From the NCBI RefSeq assembly GCF_009914755.1, contig NC_060944.1: 64,000 bases of DNA. The stretch is one strand, 5' to 3'. Source of the DNA: the human T2T-CHM13v2.0 reference genome, Homo sapiens. This document shows positions 26,679 to 47,371 of the stretch, piece by piece. Position 1 is the stretch's first letter; each line of letters starts with the position of its first letter. The notes under the pieces are model-generated. The model was not told where the DNA came from and ran no database searches. It saw nothing but the letters and a program-made list of their open reading frames with translations. The position numbers and the translations under genes are program-made.

Positions 26679-27479
26679 TGATCCATGATATGTTCCTAAC
26701 TCTGGTTCACACTGCTATAACTTGATCATAGACTTTTGGACTTGAAGCTGTAATACTCCTGGGGTTCCCCAGTGACAGCCCACCCAGTTTTCCAGTGGCT
26801 TCTTGGCCCTGGCTTCTCTGATCTCACAGGCTTCCCCTTCTTCTAAATATTGCAAGGCAAACCCATAGTTTGTCCTCTGGTTTGACCAGGTTCTTGGTTC
26901 TGATAGCCCCTTATTCTGAGCCTTCCAGGCAGAGACTCCTACAGGACTCTGCCACCTCAGGACCCAGCATAGGGCTGGGTGTCCTGAAGGTCTGCTAAGG
27001 GGACTCATGCTGAGCCTTCGGAAGGTCACAAGGAGAGAACAGAGGGTGGGCTGAGGGTCCACATGCCAACATGTCAGGAGTTGGACTGCTTGGGTTCCAA
27101 TCCGGCTCCCGCACCTCACTGCCCCTGACCCTGGGCAAATCACCAAACCCTTTGTGATTGGTTTCCTCATCTGTAAAAAGGGAATCATTATAGAACCCCA
27201 AAGCAAAATTATAAGGCTCGGGTGAAATACTGTATATAAACCTTTTATTACAGGGCTGGGCACAAGGTGAGTGCTCGCCTTGACATTGTTGCGCCAGATT
27301 TCCCTAAGCACATCACTGCATGGCTGTTCTCTCTTCTGGATACGGCCGCCCTTTCTGCCTAGAGACGTTTGATTCTTCCTGGGGGGCGGTGCAGGGTCAG
27401 GTGAGCAGCTGGGGCTCCGGAGGGTCTGGGTCTCTGTCACTTCTTGCTGCGTCGCCTTCTGTGAGTCCTTCCCAGCCCC

Positions 27480-28700
27480 CTAATCATGCCCGCCTGAGCA
27501 AGAGGATGAGAAAATGCCGACCCCGTAGCGGGGACTCTGCTGCTGTGCGGGGCGCGGTTCGCCGAACCCACTGGCCGCTTCTAGAGAGTCGGCCCCAGGG
27601 CCAGGACCTCCACTTGGCAGGCGCTGGGGCGCCCAGGGGCAGGGCCAGCGCGGGAAAGGCCGCGAGTCCTTCGACCCCCTGGCAGTCTGGGAGCCGGCCG
27701 CGGCTGCCATGGCAACGCCCGGAAGCTGCCGGGAGGGGAGGCAGGCCCAGCCGGGACGAGGCCCTGCCTCCAGCCAACGCTCCGCCCAGAACGAAGCCCC
27801 GCCCCGGAACGAAGCCCCGCCTCCAGCAACTCTCTGCCCGGAGAGAGGCCCGACAGCTGCGACCCGACTGGTTCTGTCCGAGCCCGACGGGCCGCGCTGA
27901 CCCAGCGACTGTGCCTGACTGACCACAGGTGCCGCCACCGCCTGATAATACGAGTGTGTCAGCTTCCGTCTGACTGAACGCAGGTTTCATGGGTGCCTGA
28001 CAGACCAAGACTGCTGGATCTGTCAGCCTGGCCGCAGCTGGCTGACTGGCTGACTGGCTGGCTGGTTGACTGGCTGGCTGACTGGCTGCCTGGCTGGCTG
28101 GCTGGCTGGCTGCTCTTGCCCGGCCGCCATCTGGGCCTGACGGGCTGCGTCTGACCGGGCGGCCTATCTGCCTCTGCCTGACCAGCCTCCATCTGTGCTT
28201 GGCGAGCTGTGTGACCGGCCGCGACGGTCTGTGTCTGACTGAGCACAAGGTTCCTAGCGGCCGATCAGCTGCTTGACCCCATCTCTGCTGAGCCGGCCGA
28301 CACCGACGGATTGACTCTGGCAACGCCTGGCCCGAGTGGCGCTACCGGCTTCCAGAGACTTCCTGACCCCTGCCGAGGTTGCACCGCTCAGCGCTGCCCT
28401 GTGAGGCGCTGACTGTGGCCGCAGCTGAGTGCGGCTGCCCCTTCACAGACAGGGCGTGCAGAATGACGGTCGCCTGGCTGTCCCTCCCTAGGCGCCCCTG
28501 GCTAGCTCGGCTTGCCTGGCAGCGTCTGTGTCTGAGGGACGTGTTGGTGGCCGCCGCTGGCCGCATCTGTCCCCCTGCAGGTGGGCATCAGGTTGCCCCC
28601 GTGAAGTGCAGCTGGGGCCGAGCCTGGCTGAAGGACGGCCACCTTCTCTCCAGCTGTCCAGCGAGGGCTTCTGAGGTGGTGCCCTCCGGGGCTCTGTGGC
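27480..28700. promoter_or_regulatory. Second CpG island, promoter/enhancer-like; no gene assigned
   Basis: CpG-rich non-repeat sequence. X-box GCTGCCATGGCAAC at 27703-27716. Duplicated GAACGAAGCCCCGCC GC boxes at 27789-27803 and 27807-27821. Confidence 0.75.
28038..28112 (+). repeat. (GGCT/GACT)n tetranucleotide simple repeat
   Basis: CTGGCTGACTGGCTGACTGGCTGGCTGGTTGACTGGCTGG... read directly. Confidence 0.9.
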
Positions 28701-29427
28701 CTGGACCTCTCCAGCCACACACAGTCAGAGCCTTAGGGGATCCCAAGCAAGGGCACCCACAGGGAAGAGAGCCTAAGACAGAGGCCAAGGGACAGGCAGG
28801 CAGCAGGGGTGGGACTTCGGGCCAGGCGAGGAACAGCTGGAAGAAGCTCCGGGGCTGGGAGGAGGCCGCAGGACCTTGAGGTGCCGGAGTTTAGGGATCC
28901 GATTCTGTAAGGGAGGCAGCACCTTGAGGAGTTGGGTTGGTGTGTGGGGTCCTCAGGACACGATCCCTGACTTTGAATACCTTTTTTTGCGGGTTTTGGG
29001 GAAATCTCTGTCAGTGCCTTGCTGCTCTGCAGAAGGGTCATCCCGCAGACCTCAGATCTCTTCCCGAATTAATTAATTTATTTATTTTTATTTATTTTTT
29101 TCTTTTTTTGAGATGGAGTCTTGCTCTGTCGTCCAGCCTGGAGTGCAGTGGCCCGATCTTGGCTCACTACAAACTCCGCCTTCCAGGTTCAAGCGATTCT
29201 CATGCCTCAGTTTCCCAGGTAGCTGGGATTACAGGTGTGCGCCACCATGCCTGGCTAATTTCTGTATTTTAGCCGGGGGTTTGTAGAGACAGGGTTTTGC
29301 CATATTGCCCAGGCTGGTCTCAAACTCCTGGCCTCAAGTGATCTGCCCACCTTGGCCTCCCAAAGTGCTGGGGTTACAGGTATGAGCCACTGCACCCAGC
29401 CTCTTCCTGAATTTAAATCTCTCCCAG

Positions 29428-29429
<2 letters not shown>

Positions 29430-29465
<36 letters not shown>
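29430..29465 (+). repeat. (TG)n microsatellite
   Basis: About 18 perfect TG units. Confidence 0.97.
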
Positions 29466-29466
<1 letters not shown>

Positions 29467-30099
29467 CAGCCACACCAACCACATGCAATGGCTTCCCCCC
29501 TGGAAGGAGTTGTTCTGTACCAGAATAAGGGGGAAGGAAATACTGGTCAGAGGGATTTATTTTTTTAAAGCAAGCATGGGTATGCTATGAGTTATTGCTA
29601 TTAATAATAATACAATGAAAGCATCAGACTAGTTTATTTCGAACTAGCTCTAGCATGCTAAGATGTTGCCTCTCCATTAATAACAGGGCCCTGGCTGCCT
29701 CGTTGATTTCATTATAGGCCATGGGAGGAATGGGAGGAAATGAACAGCTTCACTCCCAAGGGCTTTCATAACATGGATTTGGATCTCAGCCAGTGTGGGC
29801 AGTGGGGCTTCCCGGGGGCAGGGGACTCCTGGGGTGCTGGGAAAAAGAGGCAGCAACAAGTTGCATGGAGCATTTGTACCTCATTTATTTATTCATTTAT
29901 TCAACAAATATTTATTGAGTACCATGTGCCAGGCACTGTGCCAGACTCTCACTCTGTCCTCATGGAGGATAGCCTTATGGGATCCAGGAAACCTCTCCAG
30001 TGCCTCCCAACTCTGGTCCTGTCAAAGCCACATGCTGGGTACCAACTGCTTTCTTTCTGAGCTAGCTGCACAGCTAAAATGGGAGAGCTAGTAGAGTAC

Positions 30100-30548
30100 A
30101 GTGGTCCTGAAATTGTGGTCCTTGGACGAGCAGTATCTGGACCACCTGGGAACTTATTAAAATACAAATTCTCAGGTCAGGAGATCGAGACCATCCTGGC
30201 TAACACAGTGAAACCCTGTCTGTATTAAAAATACAAAAAAATTAGCCAGGCGTAGTGGCGGGCGCCTGTAGTCCCAGATACTTGGGAGACTCAGACAGGA
30301 GAATGGCGTGAACCTGGGAGGCGGAGCTTGCAGTGAACCGAGATTGCGCCACTGCACTCCAGCCTGGATGACAGAGCGAGACTCCATCTCAAAAAAAAAA
30401 AAAAAAATTATCGGGCCCTATCTCAGATGGACTGAATCAGAAACTATTTTAGTGTAGGGCACAGTGATCTATGTTTTAACAAGCCTCCAGGTCTTGCTGA
30501 TGTCCTGAGAACCAGGACAAAGTCGTGCTAAAGTCTGAGAACCACTGG
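30100..30548. mobile_element. MER5A hAT relic split by a 5'-truncated AluY (~30172-30407)
   Basis: CAGTGGTCCTGAAATTGTGGTCC...ACCTGGGAACTT, then ACTGAATCAGAAACT...TGTTTTAACAAGCCTCCAGG...TGAGAACCACTG, with AluY diagnostics in between. Confidence 0.75.
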
Positions 30549-30760
30549 TGGAATAATTAATTGTGTTGGCTCTAGTATCACACTGTCCATATCAGAATCT
30601 CAATGCTACTACATAAGAGCTGTGTGACTTTGACCAAGTTATTGAATCTTTCTGTGCCTTAATTTTCTCATTTGCATAATTGGTATAATTATGATTACCC
30701 TAAACCATTGTTGTACATATTACATCACGTGAAAAGGTTAGCGCACAATTTCAGCTCTAG

Positions 30761-31138
<378 letters not shown>

Positions 31139-31169
31139 TAAGGGATATTCATTAATTTGTTGTTTATAA

Positions 31170-31528
<359 letters not shown>

Positions 31529-31552
31529 TATAAAATCTTTTTTTTTTTTTGA

Positions 31553-31747
<195 letters not shown>

Positions 31748-33000
31748 TAGTCCCGAACTCTCAACCTCAGGTAATCCGCCCGCCTTGGCCTCCCAGAGTG
31801 CTGGGATTACAGGAGTGAGCCACCGTGCCCAGCCTATAAAATCTTTATACAGATACAGGCTCATGTACATCTGAAAGGATACTCAAGGAACTGGTAACAG
31901 TGGGAGAAGAAATGGGTGGCTGGAAACAGGAGAAGGGAAACATTTTTACCATACATACACCCTTTTATGACTTTTAGATTTTGCAGTATGTGCATGCATT
32001 TTCTATTCACAAAAATGAAATTTTTTAAAAAAGGGGGCAGTACTTAGCACAATGCCTAGCAGTGGTGGCGGTGGTGGTGATAGCCTTTCTGCAGCTCTGG
32101 GCAGATGATTCACTGCAGAAATGCAGCCCAGAGATATCTAGAGGCTGGCCATAGCCTCCAGACTGTCCTCCTAGCCTCTCGGTCTCCCTTCTTCATTCTA
32201 TATGATCCATGTTTCCCCATCGGAGAATCTTTGCATTTTAGAGATGTAAAGGGGCTTCAGATTTTCTAGTGCAACTGTTTTAACGGTGAAGAAACTAAGC
32301 CCCCAAAAGATGCCATAACCAGTCCAAGGTTATCAACAGGGTTCAATCTAGGGCCTCTTTTACACCATCCTAAGTTTTCTAAAATTCTGCTGTCATTCCA
32401 TCACTGCTCTGCCCGTGAATCCTCAACCTGGCTATTAAGACTAGCTGTGGTCTAGGCCAAGCACAGTGGCTTATGCCTGTAACCCCAACACTCTGAGGCC
32501 GAGGTGGGCAGATCACTTGAGGTCAGGAGTTTGAGACCAGCCTGACTAACATAGTAAAACCCTGTCTCTACTCAAAATACAAAAATTAGCTGCGTGTGGT
32601 AGTGCACATCTATAATCCCAGCTACTCGGGAGGCTGGGGCACAAAAATTGCTTGAACCTGGGAGGCAGAGGTTGCAGTGAGCTCAGAGTCTCGCTCTGTC
32701 TCAAAAAAAAAACCCACAAAAAACTAGCTGTGGTTTAACTCCCAACCAAATTTCCAGCCTTATTTGCCACCCTTTTCTTCTATGTGAATCCTCTACCTTA
32801 GCCAGATAGTTCTCTTTATTGACTCCAAATGCTCCTGCTTTCCAAATGCCATACTCTCTGCCTGAAATGCCTTTCTCTTTCCTGTCCATTTATTGTGGAG
32901 ATTCTACCTAAACATGGAAGCTAAGCTTAAATCATACTTCCTTCAGGAAGTCTTCCCTGATTACTTCAGCTCACAGAGCTGTCTCCCTCTGAACTAGTTA

Positions 33001-33339
<339 letters not shown>

Positions 33340-34228
33340 TTAAGAGGGACGTAGGATGTTTGTCTGCTTCTTGGGTAATGGGAAATTAACTTGGATAGAG
33401 CTCATTCCTCATTCTCTATTTCTGCAGCTATAAAATTGGGCCAATAACCTTAGCCCTCCTTATTGTCTCAGGAAAGCCCTGGGTGAGGATGCCACTGAGC
33501 CCGCCTGGAGCCAGGAGCTGGTCTGCAGAAACTGCTGGGCCTGTTTCTACTCTGATGTTTACTTGGCCTGGAGGCCCAGTGTGATGAAACCCGGCCCTGT
33601 TGCCGAGCACCTTGGGAGGCCTCCCTCCAGGGTCCCTCTGTGCTCAGACAGTGGCCCTTTGTAGAGTGGAGGAGCAGACTGAAAGCGGAGCTGCTGGAAA
33701 CCGTTTCCTCCCCTCTGCCTCGAGCAACCTCCTCCCGCAGCCACAGACCATCCTGTGCCTGGGTGGCCTCTGCTTTAAGTCTGCAGCTGGCGGGGTAAGA
33801 TAGGGTCTCTAGGCAGCCTGCTAGGCTGGAAGGGTGAGGAGGGGTCCTGGCAGGATGGCCAGCTGAAACACAGCATCCCCTAACTCAATACAGATCACTT
33901 ATAACAGGGCTTTCCAAAGAGGAGACTGGCCCCTTACAGGCAAGATTGACATTTCACCATCCCCTGCCACCACTCAATAAGCGCCTAAGATTTAGGCTAG
34001 AAGTGATGTGGTTTGTCCCTTCTGTCCCTACTTCACTGGCCCCTATACTCACTAGCGGGGGGGATTGGGAATCCTTAGACATAATCCCAAACCTGGTGGA
34101 GTAGGAGTTCAGTAAGTGGGGAAGAACTAGGAACAAGAGGAAAGAAGGTTTAAGAGTGTGGTATAGGCTGGGCACGGTGGCTCATGCTTGTAATCCCAGC
34201 ACTTTGGGAGGCTGAGGCAAGCGGATCA

Positions 34229-34525
<297 letters not shown>

Positions 34526-35186
34526 CTACTGACTTGCTGGGTGACATTAGCTAGTTGTTTCCCTTTTCTATGCTTCAGTTTCCCAGCTGCGAAACTGTGG
34601 AGGTGGAGTAAATAAATGTTAAGGATTTTTGCAGTTCTAATTTTTCCCAATTCTTTGATCAGAAGGAGGAAAGGAAAGCTGGGGGTGGGTTGGAGGTAAA
34701 TAACTGGCAGGATGCCTTCCATGGATTCACCTGCAGTCTCCAGGCAGCTTCTTCTCTGCCACTAAGATCTCTTCCCCTTCCGTTTCTCCCCCTCTTCTTT
34801 CCACCCCACTCTGAGGGCTTCTTGTGATGAGATCTAAAAGCTGTCTTACTTACAATTGCTTATACTGTCTTTTGCCCACAAAGGGAGGAGACTGTGCACA
34901 ATCATGGAGGGCAGTGGCAAGTCTGGTGGAGAGGGAAGGAGGTCAGGAAATAAACGAGAGAGGAAAATTAAGAGGTAAGGATGTGATAGAGGGAAGTATT
35001 GAAAGAAAGCTCAGGGAGAGTGAAAAGGAAGGAAAAGGGGAGAGAGAGGAGGTAAAAGTGAAGGAAAGAGGTTGAGTGCAGTGGTTATTCCTGTAATCCC
35101 AGTACTTTGGGAGGCTGAGGCAGGTGGATGACTTGAGGCCAGGAGTTCAAGACCAGCCAGGGCAACATGACAAAACCCCATCTCTA

Positions 35187-35552
<366 letters not shown>

Positions 35553-36323
35553 TTAGAATCAGATTGTAGAAGGTCTTGGATGCCAGGTTAATGATTTTGA
35601 ACTTTATATTTTTTATTTTCCTTTGTTCAAATCCCCTGTGATAAGTTGTTTTATTTTGTTTAGAGTGGGTATCAGGCAGATTTCTGGGTGAGGCCCAGAG
35701 GAGCATTTTTATTCATCCATCCATTCAACAAGGGACTATGTCTTATCCAACTTGTATCCCTAGAGTATAACACAACATCTGCATATAAGACAGAAAGTAA
35801 GTGCTTGTTAAAATTAAGCATTTTGGCCGGGTGTGATGGCACACATGTGTAATCCCAGCACTTTGGGAGGCCGAGGTGGGTGGATCACCTGAGGTCAGGA
35901 GTTCAAGACCAGCCTGGCCAACATGGCGAAACCATGTCTCCACTAAAAATACAAAAATTAGCTGGGCATGGTGGCATGCTCTGGTAATCCTAGCTACTAG
36001 AGAGGCTGAGGCAGGAGACTTGCTAGAATCCAGGAGGCGGAGATGCAGTGAGCCAACATTGCGCCACTGTACTCCAGCCTGGACAAGAGAGTGAGACTAG
36101 GTCTCAAAGAAAAAAAAAAAATTGAGCATTTGGAGAAAGCAGTAGTTGAGACAGTCTCACAGAGAATATAAGAATAATCATATTAAAAGGTAAAAAGTGC
36201 TAGGTGCCCAGAGAGAGGCCCAGAAAAGGGAGATCAGAGGAGAATGAGACAGCCTTCCCTGCTACCTTTAGCAGAAAAGTCCCAAAGAATATTATAATGG
36301 GGCCATCTTGGCTACTTGAATTA

Positions 36324-36950
<627 letters not shown>

Positions 36951-37458
36951 CTAGCCTGGGCAACAAGGGCGAAACTCTGTCTCCAAAATAAATAAATAAA
37001 TAAAAAGAAAGAGAGAGAGAGAGGTGCACCATGGAGGGCCTCAAATACCAAGTTGTGGAGTTTGAACTTGTCTCTTGAACTGAGAGTGCGCTTGTTGAAG
37101 TTGTGCTTTGGGAGTACTAATCAGGCCACCAAGGTATGGAATGGACTGGAGGCGAGAAGACCAGGACTGATGGGAAATTGTTCTGGCATGTCCTCTGGTA
37201 AAGCCTAAGCATGAGATCCTTCACCCACATCAATGTGTTTTCCGTTGTAACTTGGTTTGGTTTTTTTGTTGTTGTTCTTCTTCCCATTCTAGGTCAGTGG
37301 ATTCAAAACGATGAAAGTGGATTCAAAACCTCTGTCAAGGGGTGCTGTCCTTTCCTGGCCAAGTCTCTTTTATTCTCTTAGGGCTGCAACCTCTTCACCT
37401 GGGAAATGAATGGTCCTGTGATTTACAAGAGCAGGTAAGCACCTGCAAAGGGCTTTGA

Positions 37459-37778
<320 letters not shown>

Positions 37779-38979
37779 TGATCTCGAACTCCTGACCTCG
37801 TGATCCTCCCTCCTCAGCCTCCCAAAGTGATGGGATTACAGGTGTGAGCCCCTGCGCCCAGCTGGCATCCTGCTTTTGAGCAGGAGGTGGCCCAGGCCGT
37901 AGCCCAGAGTCAACTCTCTCCTCTTCCCAAATATCTCCACAAAGGAAAACTCTGTAGCATAGCCTAAGAGGGAGCATAAGACTTTGAAGTCAGACATCCC
38001 AGGCCTTGGTCCTCAGTTGTGCTTCTTCCTAGCTCTGGTATTTTGAATAAGTTATGTAAGTTACCTGAGCCTATTTCCTTGTATATAAAATGGGGGTTGC
38101 AATACTAATTTCCTGGGCTCGTGAGAGTAGAGTAAGCTAAAGCTAAAAAAGCACTTGGCACAGTGCCATACAAGCCACAGGCACTCGGCCAGTGTGAATT
38201 CCTATTCATTTTTTAAGAAACAGAGTCATGTACTGTTAGAGGTAGAGAGGTGTTAGATATTCCTGGTCCAATCCTCTCATTCTACAGTGGTAAAAGGACT
38301 CCCAGGAAGGTTTCCTCTTAACCAATCTAATTCTCTTCTGTCACAATATCTGCTGATTCTGTCCTCAACTAGAAGCAGAGAACTGAGCTCCACCTTCTAT
38401 GCTTAGCTACATAAATCCGATGGGAGTTCTATACCTGTTCAAAAAAGGGTATTTTGGTTCCTCCATTTTTCCCCCCAAGAACATTTGCCTATCATTTGCT
38501 CTTTGCTCTGCTAAAGGTGAAGACAATTAGTGTCCCATACTCAAAGTGATCACGAATATGTGGGAAGATCATGAGCAACACAGTATAGATGAATCCTAAG
38601 TAAATCCAGCAATCTTGGAATATCTGAAGGAATTTGCTCCCAATTATTCTTAGATAAGCTAAGAAATGAATACAACTGTTAGTTATCGTGTTTGTGTTTT
38701 TGTTTTTACTCTGCTTAATTTTTTAACATTTTTATTTATTTCTATAATTATAGAAATGGGGGGGGGGGGTCTCACTATGCTGCCCAGGCAGGTCTCTAAC
38801 TCCTGGGATCAAATGATCCTCTTGCCTTGACCTCCCAAAGTGCTGGGATTACAGGTGTGAGCCACTGTGCCCAGCTTCTGCTTAATTTTTATTTCCCAGT
38901 TGGCAGGGGCTCCCTAATTCTTTAGCTTTACTTTTTTATGGATAAAATATACATAGCATAAAATTTATCATTTTAACTA

Positions 38980-40390
<1,411 letters not shown>

Positions 40391-40777
40391 TGACATTAAG
40401 TTCATTCACAAAGTAGTGTAATCATCACCACTTCCTATTTCCAGAACTTTTTCATCATCCCAAACAGACACTCTGTACCCATTAAACAACATTCCCCATT
40501 TTCCCCTTCCCTCAGCCTCTGGTAACCTCTATTTATTTTAATTTCTGTCTCTACGAATTTACCTATTCTAGATACTTCATATGAGTGGAATCATACAACG
40601 TTTGTATTTATTTTTGTTTGTTTGTTTGAGACAGAGTACAGTGTTGGGATCATAGCTCACTGCAGCCTCAACCTCCCAGGCACAAGTGATCCTCCCACCT
40701 CAGCCTCCTGGGTAGCTAGGACTACAGGCACACACCACCACACCTGGCTAATATTTAAAAATTTTTTGTAGAGACGG

Positions 40778-41185
40778 TGAAACAGGAACCCTCGAAGGGT
40801 GTGCAATGGGGGTGTGGCTTGCTTCTTCAGTGCCCTGCTGCTCAAACCTCTAGGGGAGCATACAGATGGGCAGGCTGTGGGGCTCCGACCCCACAGCAGT
40901 GTCTAGGGGTGAATGTTTACAGCTGAAGCCCCAATGGGCGTGTGTTATAGGGTGCTCTTTTAGGTTGCCATCTATAGGCGGCTTGTGTTAACCAGCTCAA
41001 TTAAACCCCCTTCCTTACCACAAGGACAGAGGGATTTCTGTATCCTGGGGTTTCTTGCCTTGTTGTACCTGGAAGAACTGGATCACATGTGGGCTTGGAG
41101 AATGAGTGCAAGGTTTTATTGAGTAGAACTAGCTCTCAGCAGATGGGGGAGTTGGGGAGCCAGAAGGGAAATGGTTTTCCCCTGG
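40778..41185 (-). mobile_element. Truncated ERV1-class LTR (subfamily uncertain)
   Basis: TG terminus, LTR-like text GCTCAAACCTCTAGGGGAGCATACAG, and AATAAA on the minus strand (~41115). Confidence 0.6.
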
Positions 41186-41287
41186 AAATGTTCTCATCAT
41201 GTTCACCAACATGGTGAAACCCTGTCTCTACTAAAAATATTTTTAAAATTAGCTGGGCATGGTGGTGTGCGCCTGTAATCCCAGCTA

Positions 41288-41408
<121 letters not shown>

Positions 41409-41722
41409 TTAGTAAGGATGTGAAGAAAGTGAACCTTCATATATTGCTGGGGGACTGTCAAATAGTATCGCTGCTTTGAAGTTCTTCAAAAAGTAAAACA
41501 GAGTTACCACATGACCCAGCAATTCCACTGCTAGGCGTATATCCAAGAGAAATGAAAATGTATGTTCATAGGCGGGGCACAGTGGCTCACGCCTGTAATC
41601 CCAGCACTTTGGGAAGCCAAGGTGGGCAGATCACTAGAGGTCAGGAGTTCGAGACCAGCCTGGCCAACAAGATGAAACCCCGTCTGTACTAAAAATACAA
41701 AAATTAGCTGGGCGTGGTGTCA

Positions 41723-41929
<207 letters not shown>

Positions 41930-42020
41930 CTAGCACTTTGAGAGGCCGAAGTGGTCGGATCACCTGAGGTCAGGAGTTTGAGACCAGCCTGACCAACATG
42001 GAGAAACCCCATCTCTACTA

Positions 42021-42179
<159 letters not shown>

Positions 42180-42867
42180 TCAAAAAAAAAAAAAAAAAAA
42201 AAAAAAAAGGGAGGTGGGGGGCACTGGCTGTGGTGGCTCACGCCTGTATTCCCAGCATTTTGAGAGACCGAGGTGGGTGGATCACCTGAGGTCAGGAGTT
42301 TGAGACCAGCCTGGCCAACATGGTGAAACCCCATCTCTACTAAAAATACAAAAAAATTAGCCAGGAGTGTTGGTGCATGCCTCCCAGCTACTCGGGAGGC
42401 TGAGGCAGAAGAATCACTTGAACTCGGGAGGCAGAGCTTGCAGTGAGCTGAGATGTGAGCCGAGATTGCACCACTGCACTCCAGCCTGGGTGACTGAATG
42501 AGACTTCGTCTCAAAAAAAAAAGAAAGAAAATGTACGTTCACACAAAAACTTGTACACAATGTTTATCGTGTTATTATTTCTTATAGCCAGCAGGTAGAA
42601 ACAACCCAGATGTCCATCCACTGACGAATAGCTAAACAAAATGTGGTATATCCATACAGTGGACTATTATTCAGCCATAAAAAGGAATAACACTGATTCA
42701 CACTACAACATGGATGAACCTTGAAAATCTTACGCTAAATGAGGGAAACCAATCACAAAATAACATATATTGTATGATCCATTTATATGAATAAATCAAG
42801 ACAGAAAGTAGATTAGTGGTTGCCAAGGGATAGTAGGAAGTTGGGAATGGGGAATAACGGTTAATAG

Positions 42868-43872
<1,005 letters not shown>

Positions 43873-45505
43873 ATAGGCATGGGATTTCTTTTTGGGGGTG
43901 ATGAAATGTTCTGGAATTAGAGAGTGGTGATGGTTTCACAACTTTGTGGATATACTAAAAACCAACTAAATTGCACACTTTAAAATGATTAATTTTATAT
44001 GTTAATTATATCTCAAGAAAAAGTACAGTATATGATAGTAGGCACCCATGTACATACTACCTAATTCCAGAAAAAAACTGTTACAAATACCATTGCAATT
44101 TCCTATGTACTGTTCTTCCATCCCATTCCCCTCCCTCTCTACCCAGAAGTGGCCACTACCGTGAAGTTGGTGTTTATCATGGCAATTGTCTTCATTTATT
44201 TGGGCTGCTATCACGAAATACTTTAGACTGAGTATCTTATACGCAACAGAAACTTATTTTTCACAGTTCTGGAGGTTGGGAAGGCCAAGATCAATGGGGT
44301 GAGGGCCTACTTTCTCACAGACTTCACGTTTTTACGGTGACCTCACATGGTGGAAGGGACCAGCTAGCTCTCTTAGGTCTCTTTTATAAGGGCAGTAATC
44401 CCATTCATGAGGGTACCCAATCATCTCCTAAAGGCCTCATCTTCTAACACTGTCACATTTGGGATTACGTTTCAATGTATGACTCTTGGGGACACACAAA
44501 CATTCAGAGCATAGCAGTAATACATGTCTTTATAACTTTTAACAAATGTATGAGTATCCCTAAACAATATATAGCATTGCTTTGTATGTTTTTAAGCTTA
44601 ATATACATCACATAAGTTGCATCCTCTGCAATATTCTTTTTTCCTACCAACATTATGTTTTTGAGAATTATCCATATTCTTTTTTTTTTTTTTTTGAGAC
44701 AGAGTCTGGCTCTGTCGCCCAGGCTAGAGTGCAGGGTGTGATCTCGGCTCACTGCAACCTCTGCCTCCAGGGATCAAGTGATTCTCCTGCCTCAGCCTCC
44801 CGAGCAGCTGCGATTACAGGTGCCCACCACCACACCCAGCTAATTTTTGTATTTTTTTGTAGAGACAGAGTTTCACCATGTTGTTCAGGCTGGTCTCCAA
44901 CTCCCGACCTCAAGTGATCTGCCTGCCTTGGCCTCCCAAAGTCCTGGGATTACAGGTGTGAGCCACTGTGCCCGGTGAATTATCCATATTCCTACCACTC
45001 ACTGCTGTGTAGTATTTCATTATATGACTACACTATAATTTATTTTGTATATTTACCTATTGGTGGACATTTAGACTGTTTCTAATTTTTCAATATTTCA
45101 AACAATGCTTCAGAGAACATCTCCAACAGGTTTCCTTTTGTGCATGTTCATTTCCCTGGGTTTTATATTCAGGAGTAGGATTGCCGAGTCAAAGGCCTGC
45201 ACATCTTCTACTTCGTTAGCTATTGCCACAAGTCCATTACTAGTCAGGTGGAGCGTTTTCATATGTTTATTGGCCATTTGTATTTCTTCAGTGGCTTAAT
45301 GTTCACATCCTTTGTCCATTTACCTAATATAAATTTGTTAGTAATTCTTTACATATTTTCGAATTCTCATCCTTTGCCAGCCAAAACATTGCAGAGATTT
45401 TCTCCCATTTAGTAGTTTGTCTTTTTCCCTTTATGACATCTTTTGATGCACAGAATTTCTACATTTAATCTGGCTGACCATATCAAGTTTTTTCATTTTT
45501 GATTT

Positions 45506-47155
<1,650 letters not shown>

Positions 47156-47371
47156 ATTTGTGACTGCGTCTTGTTAAGGAACTATTTCCCTACCCTGAGG
47201 TCCTGAAGATGATTTTCTTTAGTTTCTAAAGATCATAAAGTTTTGCTTTTCAAATTCAGGTCTTTAATCTAACCGGGGGTTATTTTAATGTATGCTACAA
47301 GGTAGGAAGCCATTTTATTTTTTTTCCAAATGATTAACAAGTTGTTCAGTGTTATTTTAAAACAATCCATC

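Noticed and set aside
26715-27440. 241-aa minus-strand ORF
   Set aside because: Non-ATG start; includes MIR-derived text (IPFLQMRK...) and shows no domain similarity that I recognise.
27484-28323. 279-aa ORF with SQPA repeats
   Set aside because: Non-ATG start; the repeats are simply the translated (GGCT)n microsatellite within GC-rich DNA.
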